Origin: Marsupella aquatica
Lineage: Eukaryota; Plantae; Marchantiophyta
Length of the DNA stretch: 64,000 bases
Assembly (NCBI GenBank): GCA_973895155.1
Contig: OZ316897.1
Span: 14,135,375 to 14,199,374, forward strand
Direction: 5' to 3'
Shown: positions 12,706 to 23,557 of the stretch, piece after piece
Layout: every line of letters starts with the position of its first letter
Numbering within the stretch: position 1 is the first letter of the stretch
Position numbers and translations under genes: made by a program
The notes under the pieces: generated by a model
Told to the model about the DNA's origin: nothing
The model's database searches: none
The model's input: only the letters and a program-made list of their open reading frames with translations

Positions 12706-15597
12706 GGATCCACCAAGTCTTCAAAATAGACAGTGGCGATTGAAGAACCATAACCCTTCCTATAATGCAAGCTGGTGCTGATATAGAAGGTGGAAGTACT
12801 TTTACATCCTTCTATAGAAACTGTCTTAATTTTTGTAGTCCAAATGCTGTGCGCTAGCAAGCCACAAACCATGGTTCAGGCTAAACTTCCAACACTAGCA
12901 AGCCAGTGAGGGGTCCATGCATCTGGGTTTGTGAAGAGTTCTACAAGCTTCCCGGCCCGCTCCCCCTTTCTCACTCACCAAAAACTGCCATCTGCAAGTA
13001 AAATGTTGGGTGCACTTACCAGAGTAGCTGCAGAGATGTTTAACCAAAAGTGAGAGGGCCAAATGTAGTCCTCAATTGGCCTTGGCTGGCTGGGTCCCAC
13101 TAGCTTGTGGAGCACCAGATTGCCAATCTCAGGAGGAAAACACACAGGGCCACCGTGTTGGCGTGCAAGGCTGTAGGGGTGGGGGTTCAAAACTTGGGCC
13201 CCGGGTACTCATGGTCTGGCTCAATAGAGGACTGGTGGCAGTGCTCTACCCTTTGGATTGCTCGAAAAGCAGTGACACAGCCAGCAGTGACATAGCCAGC
13301 AGTGAGCCAGGTAACTAGAAAAGCCCCACAAGTCTGTTGGAGGACTTCCCAGTTCCCACCAATCGATTTTGTCATCCGCACATGAGTACATTCATGACAG
13401 GTCTACGGTACCGCCAGTTTGGAACCGAGCCTGAAACGACCGACTGACAGAGTTACAGGAGGCCACACAGAATCAACGAGAACGAACGTCACCTTGGAGT
13501 GATGGACTTGGACTTTGGGACTTGGGGCCTTGGACTCTCCAGATGCGAGACTGATGGGAATATGGGACTTCGGGCGATTCATTTCGTTGGGGTTGAGTTG
13601 AAGTCAGTTAAGTTTGAAGAGAATGTAGCAGATAAGCAGAGACCCATGGGAAACCATTTACTGGCGGTTGAGTCAGATTGGGCATCACATCATGCATCAT
13701 TTTCTAGCACCAAACGCTTCCATGAAACTGGTCTGTAGACAGTAGAGGCGTTGCTTCGAACCCCACCAAAGTCACAGACGAAAGCGGCAAGAGTGGAAAT
13801 TCGGGCTTGGTTTTCGAGATCTTCATTGAATAATTGTATTTTTGTCGTGCACTATGCTCTAAAATCTCATCCAGAGGGTCTTAATATCGTTCGAGACAAC
13901 AAAACAAAATCTCTTGTCGAGCCGCATTCATTCAGAATTGGTGAGAAGCCGCGAGGGAAACAAAACCAAATTAATGAATGCAGAATCGAGAATGAAGTAC
14001 CGGTAGCACCAGAATCTGTCAGGTAGATTCAGGGAACCAGATAAGTAAGGTGTCTGTCACCAGCCCAACCTCCAAAGCGTGCAGAAGTTACGTTTCCTGT
14101 GCTCTTGAGACTTCGAGCGATGCATGACACAGAAATTGCAGCGAATTGTCGTTGCGGAACGGCACCGATCTTGCCCAAGATTGGCCAGCAACTGTACAGG
14201 CCATAAGAGAAGAGATCGAGTACTAAACTACGTAATTCGTGTACCGGCCCTCCAAATGATGCACAGACGCTTTGCGTTGTCGGTCTGCGATGTTGGCAAG
14301 AGAAGGAAGGAAGTCAGGAAGGGGAGAAAGGCAAATTCTGTTGGGCAAGAAGATGCTTGCCTTGACTCAAGATCAGATCACGTGAAGTGTTTCTGCAGTT
14401 TCTGCAAGAAAAGGATGACGGACAAACGAGATACAGCCAGGCCACGGACGGATCATCGATGGATGTACAGGACAGTTCGCCTGCCTACGTGCTTGTCTAC
14501 TGTACTCGCCTGGCGACAGGAGGTAACCTTCCTGCCATGTGGTGAGTCTGTCACACAAAGAAAGATTCGAGCTGCCAAGCTCTACTTCGTGCGAGTCATC
14601 TTTAGGTGGCGAGCTTATCGGCGAACACAACATCTAACAAATGGTTGAGCCAAGTATATATAGTGTTGTGGTAAGTGCACTTCAAAAATCAATACTTAGA
14701 AGGAATAACACTCTCTAACATTACAAAAATAATTCGGTTGATCTAATACTTAGAAGGAATAATACTCACTAATATAAAGAAATCATTAACATTCTCTTGG
14801 TATGAAAATTCTGTCCAACCTGTGGCCAGTTGCCATCAATAGATAGGATGCTACCTACTCTTGATGTGCAATTATCACCAGGCCACATCATAGGGCTTCT
14901 TGATCTTCAATTACCACCAGGCGAGATTATACTGCTTCTTGATGTGCAATTACCACCAGGTTAGATCATACTGCCAAAAAACATAAGGCGCCCAACGGGA
15001 AGTCACCTTAGGAAAGACAAGGGAAGCAAGAAAGGAAAAACCAGGAAGACCAAAGGGCCAATAGGGAGTGTCAAAGTTCTCCAATAACCAAAGTGTTACA
15101 GATTTGTTTTTTGGAATTATTGTTCTTATGAGGTATGTATTTTGGTAGCCCATAGTGATTTTGTACTGGTAATAATAGTGTTTCATGTCCTGAGCCGTAA
15201 TTGAATTACAGGTGTGCTTTGATCCGCCCTAACAAGCCTAAGAGTCCCTTCAGAAAAACCCCCACAACAACCACTAGTAACTAGAAGCCTAAGGGTCTGT
15301 CTCTCCTAGTAACTGGAGAGGCTGGTAGAGCTCTAGGGTAAAATGCATAGGAGGGTCAAGTCAAAGAGCCAATTTGCACTTTGTGTGAGGACTGATCTGT
15401 TAGAGAACCGAGAATTATAGCCTTTGCAATTCAGAGTGGCTTTACAAGAAGTGGGGACAGACTTTTTGTCACCAAAGTAAACTGCAGGCACACCTCTTTT
15501 CTTTTCCTAAAGATAGATTCCAGACAACAAATCTTTTGAAACGAAGTGCAATAATTGCAAGTCCTTCCAATATTATTGAAACCAAAGTTTGGTTACG

Positions 15598-15806
15598 TTT
15601 GGACCACCTCTAAAGGTGATCCAAAATTCTAGACAAATTAAGCAATCCTTTCAATAAAGGAGCTATTGTTAGGAAATGCTCGGACCACCTCTATAGGTGA
15701 TCTACAAAATCTAGACCAAATAAGCTATTCTTTCAATAAAGGAGCCCAACTTTGGAGATGTTTGGACCACCTCCAAAGGTAGTCTAAAATTCTAGACAAA
15801 ATAAGC
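15598..15806. repeat. Tandem repeat, ~83-bp unit, ~2.5 copies
   Basis: GGACCACCTC..AAGGT...AAAATTCTAGACAAA.TAAGC recurs three times. Confidence 0.8.
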
Positions 15807-16083
15807 ACTCCATATTCATTTGGCATTTAAGTGGGCCTACTCATTGGCATGTGGGATCAGTAGAACACCATACTTGAAAGATCCCAAGTTTTTAAAGAGT
15901 CGACTGCAACCGTTTCCATCCATTATAGGGTCTAAATTTAACCTTGAAGGGAATAGAAAAAACAATAGGTCCCCTCAGTCTTGTAAAGCCCACTCTCAAT
16001 TGCATAGATACTTATGCCAGGTGTGAATTTTTGATCCAGTAACTCATGTCTGTCTTACCAATGCGAGGAGTATAGTGTATATG

Positions 16084-16427
16084 TGTTGAGCCCAGACGAC
16101 ATTCGTAACAACAAGCCCATGAACCATCCAACGTACAATAGTCGACACAGAGAGATACGTGGTTCACCTCCACATGAGGCTACGTCCACGGGAACACACA
16201 AGAGCTTTACTGCACTCTAGGCCAACCGGCCATACCAAGCATCCACAGCACAAGCTCTCCCTATCTCTCAACTAGCTCCGTAACAATGAGCCTAAGTTTC
16301 ACCAGGGTCTGACATCAACCTTGGCTATATGCACACCAGCACTACCGCTAACATTAGCTAAGTCCTAACCCGAGTTAGACTAACTGTGGTTAGCTCATGA
16401 GTCACAAGACTAGAGCAATATCTAACA
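16084..16427 (-). repeat. 3' LTR of the copia element
   Basis: About 10 differences (all transitions by manual count) from the 22456-22799 copy; adjacent to the PPT. Confidence 0.97.
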
Positions 16428-16615
16428 AACTCCCCCTTGACTCTTGTCTTGGGGACTGAACTAAATGCTACCATATGGAATCATCAGCGGGAAGTTCTAG
16501 ACAATCACCAAACCAGGTCTCCCCCTAAAAACCACAAGGGTTAACTAAGGGTTAACTAGAACTAAGCCGTAGCCATACAGGAATGAGTAATCCATATACA
16601 AATAGTCACACATTG

Positions 16616-19600
16616 CTAAATAACTCTACTTGCACTACAACTGCAAACCTGCATAGTAGCACGGTGTCTTGAGAAACTCTCCAAAGGAATCACTTTGGTA
16701 AAGGCATCAGCGGGATTGAGCTTTCCATCAATCTTGACTAGCTCAAAAGTTTTATCAGGCTGTGCTTGCCTGATAAAATGGTACCTGATATCAATGTGCT
16801 TCACCCTGCTATCCATCACCTGGTTAGCAGCCAAGTGAAGAGCACTCTGACTATCACAGTTTAGAGTCATTTTTCCATGCTCTAAACCCATCTCCGCGAT
16901 CAACTTATCCAACCAAATTGCTTCCTTTGCTGCTTCTGCTGCTGCAACATACTTTGCTTCTGCAACATACTCTGCTTCTGTAGTAGACTAAGATATACAC
17001 TTCTGCAAGATAGATTTCCAACTGATACATCCTCCTCCAAGAGTGTATACAAACCCAGTTGTAGACCTCCTTGTATCCAGACAGCCTCCATAGTCAGAAT
17101 CTACATAGCCAACTAACGTTCTATCTGATCTGTTATCAAATAGTAATCCATAGTCATGTGTTCCCCTCACATACCTGAAAATCCATTTCACAGCTTCCCA
17201 ATGTACCTTCCCTGGATTTGACATGAATCTGCTGACCTTGCCCATCGCTAGAGCCAAGTTAGGCCTAGTACAAGTCATCAAATACATCAGACTGCCTATT
17301 GCCTTTTCATAAGGAATCTTAGCCATCAGACCTTTCTCCACAGCATCCGTAGGAGAGAAAGCTGATGATAACTTGAAATGTGAAGCTAAAGGAATACTCA
17401 CTGGCTTACAGTTCTCCATGTTGAATCATGCAAGTACTTTCCTCGCATATTGGCCTTGACTCAAGCACAACTGTCCAGTCTCAGAGTTCCTAAAAATCTC
17501 CATCCCTAAGATCCTCTTGGCCTTACCAAGATCCTTCATCCTGAATTCAACACTCAATTTTGCCTTGAGACTGTCAACCTCAGATTGATCTTTAGCCACA
17601 ATCAGCATGTCATCCACATAGATCACCAGAATGATGAAACCAAATACATCATTCTTGACTGATTTCGTATACACACAAGGATCATACACCATCCTTGTAA
17701 AACCTTGAGCAAACATGAAATCATCAAACCGCTTGTTCCACTGTTTGGGAGACTGCTTCAATCTATACAAGAACTTGAGCAATCTGCAAACTAAGTTCTC
17801 TTGGCCCTTCTTCATAAAGCCTAGTGGTTGTCTCATGAAGATCAACTCTTCTAAGTTTCCATAGAGAAAAGCAATAACAACATCCATCTGATCCATCACC
17901 AGATTAAAAAACACAACAAGCTGACACAAGATCCGAATTGTGGAATACTTAGCCACCGATGAAAAGACCTCATTGTAATCCACTCCTTTCTCCTGAGTGA
18001 ATCCCTTGGCAACAAGCCTTGCCTTGTAGATCTTGTCTCCACCCTCTGAAAGACTATCCTTCAACTTGTAAATCCACTTGCTGACCTCTTGGAAGCTCCA
18101 CCAGCTCCCGTGTCTTGTTGTCACTCAAAGATTGCAACTTCCTCTGCATTGCTGCATTCCACTCATGCTTCTGCTCTGAAGCACAAGCCTCACTATACGA
18201 AGAAGGCTCTCCTTCTTCCAAGATCAAAGCCATATCATCTTCATTAGGTGCAATGTCAATATCATCTAGCTTAGATGAGTCTGCCCATTGACCATACCTG
18301 GTAGGAGCTCTAGTAGAACGACTGAAAGTTCTGATGACTCAGGCTGATCTGCTGCTGCTGCTGGTTGAATTTGAGGTACCCCAGCAATAATCTGCTCCTC
18401 TTGTTTCATCACAGGAACCAGCTCCAAGCCCGGAGCTTCTCCATCTCTCCTTTCATGAACATCATCATGACTAATCTCCCCCTCAACCCCGTCCGGGATG
18501 GGAGATTTCCCCTTGTCAGTATGGGAGTCCTGAGAACTCTTCCCCTCCTTTGATGATCTGGATTCATTAAAGGACACATCTCTACTGACAATTAGTTTAT
18601 ACGTTACTGGATCCCATAACCTATAACCCTTCACACCTTTCTGATAGCCAAGGAAAATGCACTTCTTCAACTTGGACTCCAGCTTGGATCGAAGCTGGGA
18701 AGGTGTAAGCACATAAACATCACATCCAAAAATCCTTAGATGTGAGTAATCTGCTGGACGCCCGTACCTCATTTCAAATGGCGTCTTGAATCCAATAGAA
18801 CTGGATGGAGAAAAAATTACCAAATAAGCTGTAGTGTTGACAGCTTCAGCCCAAAACTCATGTGGTAAGCATGATTGACTCAACATACTCCTCGAGCGGT
18901 CCAATAGTGTTCGATTGAGTCTCTCAGAAACACCATTCTGCTGAGGAGTATAACTTATTGTGAGATGGCGGGTAATGCCCTGCTCCTTACAATACGTTCC
19001 AAATTCCCCGGAACTATATTCACCGCCGTTATCCGATCGAAGATATCTCACCTTATTACCAGTCTGATTCTCAACTTGGGCTTTCCACTCCTTAAAAGTG
19101 GCAAAAACATCAGACTTATTGTGTAGAAAGTATATCCACACATACCTTGAGTAATCGTCTATGAACGTGACATAGTATAACCGTCCAGAATGTGAGGGAG
19201 TAGGGGCTGGACGTCACACATCACTATGTACATACTCAAGTACCTCCTTGCTGGTGTGAGTTCCAACTCCGAAGGGTTTCTTATGCTGCTTCCCTAGCAC
19301 ACAGTGCTCACAAAATTCCAACTTACAAGATTGCAAATTAGAAAGTAATCCTTTCTTCTGAAGAATAGCCAAACCTTTTTCACTCATGTGGCCCAAACGG
19401 AAGTGCCACAGCCGGGCCGTCTCCTCATGAGATAAGGTTACATTGGCTTCATCACAGACTACACTGCCCTCCAAAACGTATAGATTGCTATGTCTCTTTC
19501 CCTTCAATACAAATTTAGTACCAGTTGAAACCTCAAGGACACCATTAGCAGAACTCCACTGATGACCATTTGCTTCTAAAACTCCAAGTGAAATGAGATT

Positions 19601-20905
19601 TTTCATCATGCTGGGAATATGTCTCACATTCCTCAATGTTCTTACAGCACCATCAAACATCTGAAATCTTACAGATCCAAGTCCAACAACTTGACATGGG
19701 ATTCCATTTCCCATCAACACTGATCCGTTGGAAACCGTGTAAGAACTGAAACAATCTCTCCTAGAGCAAATGTGAAAAGTACATGCACTATCTAGAATCC
19801 AGTCATCACTACCTGGATTTGACACTACGTTGAGAGCATAACCTTAACATCACAATATGTCATCATCATCGAATAAATCTACCTCATGCGAGCTCGATGC
19901 CGCGTTAGCAGAGGCAGTAGGGACCTTTACTCGACAATCCCTTTTCATGTGGCCAGGCTTGCCACAATTCCAACATGCAAGAGGCTTCCTCTCTTGCGAT
20001 TTCCCTCTGGATTTAGATCTCCCCCGTGATGAAGATCTAAACCTGTTCTGCCCATTCGTGCGTTGCGCTGCTCTTCCCCTGTTCACATTGAGCGCAGTGC
20101 CAGAAGAAGATGCTGTCTGTGATTGACCCATCTTCTTCTGAGCATCATCAGATAACAAGGAGCTCACCACTTCATTATACGAAATGGACTTCCGATCTCT
20201 GTACAAGAGCACCTGTTTCAAGCCCTGATATGACGGCGGTAAGGAGCTTAGCAGAAGCAAGGCCTTATCCTCATCTTCAACTCCTTTTCCCAGGTTTGAC
20301 AAATCCACCGCTAGACTGTCAAACTCATCCAGGTGATCCTGCATCTTGCTCCCTTCCTTGAGCCTGAGGCTCATCAAGAGAGACTTCTTGTACAGCCGGT
20401 CTGACGCATCTTCCCGGTAGTACTTCTCTCTTAGAACCTTGAATAGTGACGCGCAATCCACATAATCAGCCAGCTGCTTGATGATGTGCGGCTTGAGGTA
20501 TAGCATCACTACATTGACAGCAATCACTTGCTCCTGTCTCCACTGCTTATCTGAGATCTTCTCCTCTCCATCATACTGCTCTCGCGAAGAAAGCAGATGA
20601 GCTAAGCCCATGGCCTGAAGGACACCCTTCACTTGCTTCTCCCAGAGCAAGTAATCAGTACGACCATCGTACTTCTCCACCTCAAACTTCACTCCTCCGA
20701 ATCTAGCCATCTCCCTCTTCTTCCCTACTACCAATAGCTCTGGTAGTAGTACAGCTTCCTCCACTGCACGTCGCACCGGTGATCGTACCGGTGTTACTTG
20801 TTCCTCCTCAAATGGTAGCAGCTCCTCCTTAGACTCTCTGTCTGACCGTCGCGATCCTGAAGCTCCACCGACGCCAATTCTTCCAGTATCCTCCGAGTCA
20901 CTCAT
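16616..20905 (-). pseudogene. Copia gag-pol, disrupted by several stops and frameshifts
   Basis: Gag KFEVEKYDG and CWNCGKPGHMKRDC knuckle; PR WILDSACTFH; GAG-pre-integrase LWHFRLGH..CEHC; INT RSDNGGEY, PQQNGVSER; RT YKARLVAKG, YVDD; RNaseH YVDSDY, CDSQSA, KHIDIRYH. In-frame stops near 19850, 19214, 17426 and 16988; frameshifts near 18330 and 18090. Confidence 0.95.
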
Positions 20906-21751
20906 ATGAAACAATCACGAAAAAACATATTTTTTTGAAACTTCTCATAAAACTCAAAACTCAACACCGCTGCGTAGCCCACGAAGCTAGGAGTCCAATA
21001 CTGAAAGCCAAAATCAAAATCAAAATTCGACAGAAAAGTTATTCAAATTTGGGTCGGGGTGGGTAAAACATTGGGAAACTCCCCCGTTTTGACCACCTCG
21101 GAGAATAACCAAAATACCAAGTACAACCCGTCGTCGGAATCGCAATGTGATCGGTGCGCCGCGTTGCTAACTCCAGTGGCAACGTCCTCACCGAAAAAGA
21201 ACCAAAAAAGTTACCGTGTGGCGGATGGAATCTTTGTCGGACGGCCAAAAAACAGCTCTCTGTTTTTTGGGAATATTCTCGCACAGTCCAGCAGGTCTCA
21301 CAGGGGGCCGTTCCCCCTGTGGGAGCGGTTAAAACGGAGGGCGGCAGGTCCCGGCACAAGAGGAAACTAGGGAGAAGGAAAAAACGCTAAAAATGGGGCC
21401 TAAAGGGGGTGCTAAAGCCCCTTAAAGCCAAAAAATTACCCCTGTATTCGGCCGGGGTCGTGCATACGGGGCCGGGAGTAGTAGTGACGGGCGAGGGCGT
21501 ATGCTCCCGCGTACTCGGTGAAGAAAAAAAAATTTGGGGCCGAGGAGGAGTAGCGACGGCCGGCGTCGCAAAGCAGTCAAAAGGGGGGGGGGCGAAAAAA
21601 ATTGGGCGGCTGCTACGCAGCCGCGACCTATGCAAGGTGATACAAGGGTCGGGGCGGCTGTTTTTGCGCCAGCTGGCACTGCGTAAACAGCCGCGACACG
21701 GGGTAGCCAGGTATCGTAGCGGGATGCGGGAGGTTAAGTCGAGGGTATGGG

Positions 21752-21772
21752 TTTAGGGTTTAGGGTTTAGGG
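21752..21772 (+). repeat. (TTTAGGG)3 plant telomere-type repeat inside the copia 5' leader
   Basis: Three perfect TTTAGGG units preceded by GGG. Confidence 0.9.
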
Positions 21773-22455
21773 TCACACTAAAGTAACCAAAAAATTTGCC
21801 ACTAAAAGTGAGAAAAATCCTGGGTTACACACCTTAAACGCCGCAGTTTTAAACAAGAAAAATGAATGCCGCCGACGGGAAAAGTTGCCAAATTTCACTC
21901 CACGTCAAGTACCAATCCCGGGCTCAAAATGACCGCCTCACCAAGATCAAACCGTTGAGCCGTAGCACTTCGCGTTTCTTCCACCGAGTCGGACGTCACA
22001 CAGAGAAACCCGGCTCAGATGGGAACAAGCTCCATAGCTTGTGAAAAAAAACCTGAACGCTTCCTTCACTCGTCACGTCGCACTCGGTAACACCTGGCAA
22101 CAATCCAGCTACCGAAATGACCAGCTTGCTTCAACCTTCAACTTGAGCTATAATGTGCGATCCCTCCCACATCGCACAGCTCAAGCCGTTGAAAAATGCG
22201 AACTCTGGTCTCTCCCCCGAAAACCCGTCGAACACAAATAAAACCTGAACGACGCAAACTTCAATTCCTCCGCACCACGGATACCGATCAGCGAGTTCTA
22301 ACCACCGTTAGAAAGCCCTCTCACTAACCTATCCACACAGCCACACACATTCGAGTTTCATGCGACGAAACCCCGAATGTACCATCAACAATGAACGCTG
22401 GAAAAACCCATCACGAAAAAACCTCGTCACCTCCCAGGCATGCTCTGATACCACT

Positions 22456-22799
22456 TGTTGAGCCCAGACAACATTCGTAACAGCAAGCCCATGAACCATC
22501 CAACGCACAATAGTTGACACAGAGAGATACGTGGTTCACCTCCACATAAGGCTACGTCCACGGGAACACACAAGAGCTTTACTGCACTCTAGGCCGACCG
22601 GCCATACCAAGCATCCATAGCACAAGCTCTCCCTATCTCTCAACTAGCTCCGTAACAATGAGCCTAAGTTCCACCAGGGTCTGACATCAGCCCTGGCTAT
22701 ATGCACACCAGCACTACCGCTAACATTAGCTAAGTCCTAACCCGAGTTAGACTAACTGTGGTTAGCTCATGAGTCACAAGACTAGAGCAATATCTAACA
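22456..22799 (-). repeat. 5' LTR of the copia element
   Basis: Adjacent to the Met-i PBS; TG..CA termini. Confidence 0.97.
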
Positions 22800-23213
22800 A
22801 TATGAATATTGAGGGGAGGGAGAATCCATAAAAAGACATTCATACTGCAAGAGAAATAGACAAGAGGCTTCTTTCAAAACTAGCCTCCATGACGAGATTA
22901 ATTTTTTTCCTTTTTAAAAAAGTGACAGTGTGCCCAATGTATTCCAACACCCACACAACCACTGCTGTGAAGACTAGCAGGCCACAAAGAAAAATAAATG
23001 CACAGGATCAAAACATTGTAGACCTAGCACAGCAACACCAAGGACCGCCCAAAGGTCCCCAAGAACACCAAGTCACAGCCTCTGGCCAGAAGTGGAACAC
23101 GGACAACCACCAAAACACAGCCTGAACATGATACCCATTACTACCCTAGAGATAGGGCCAACAGTCCCATCCTCCTTTGACCAGGAGGGTACTTTTGTTA
23201 CTGAACCTCATGG

Positions 23214-23557
23214 TGTTAGATATTGCTCTAGTCTTGTGACTCATGAGCTAACCACAGTTAGTCTAACTCGGGTTAGGACTTAGCTAATGTTAGCGGTAGT
23301 GCTGATGTGCATATAGCCGGGGCTGATGTCAGACCCTGGTGGAACTTAGGCTCATTGTTACGGAGCTAGTTGAGAGATAGGGAGAGCTTGTGCTGTGGAT
23401 GCTTGGTATGGCCGGTCGGCCTAGAGTGCAGTAAAGCTCTTGTGTGTTCCCGTGGACGTAGCCTCATGTGGAGGTGAACCACGTATCTCTCTGTGTCGAC
23501 TATTGTGCGTTGGATAGTTCATGGGCTTGCCGTTGCAAATGTCGTCTATGCTCAACA
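23214..23557 (+). mobile_element. Solo LTR of the same copia family, opposite orientation
   Basis: 344 bp, TGTTAGA..CTCAACA, about 12 differences from the 5' LTR; own 5-bp TSD CATGG (23209-23213, 23558-23562); no PBS or PPT. Confidence 0.97.

Larger units (their letters stand above)
16084..22799 (-). mobile_element. Full-length, decayed Ty1/copia LTR retrotransposon (6716 bp)
   Basis: 344-bp TG..CA LTRs at 16084-16427 and 22456-22799; 5-bp TSD ATATG (16079-16083, 22800-22804); tRNAi-Met PBS TGGTATCAGAGC at 22453-22442; PPT TCAAGGGGGAGTT at 16440-16428; domain order Gag-PR-INT-RT-RH. Confidence 0.98.

Noticed and set aside
12975-14650. Short ORFs and splice-like signals upstream of the CRE element (e.g. 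14124-14648 +, 13187-13381 -)
   Set aside because: No frame-consistent exon chain or recognisable domain; may be UTR or lncRNA but cannot be supported.
21039-21760. Overlapping ORFs in the copia leader as extra or env-like genes
   Set aside because: Expected from high GC content; low-complexity translations with no motifs.
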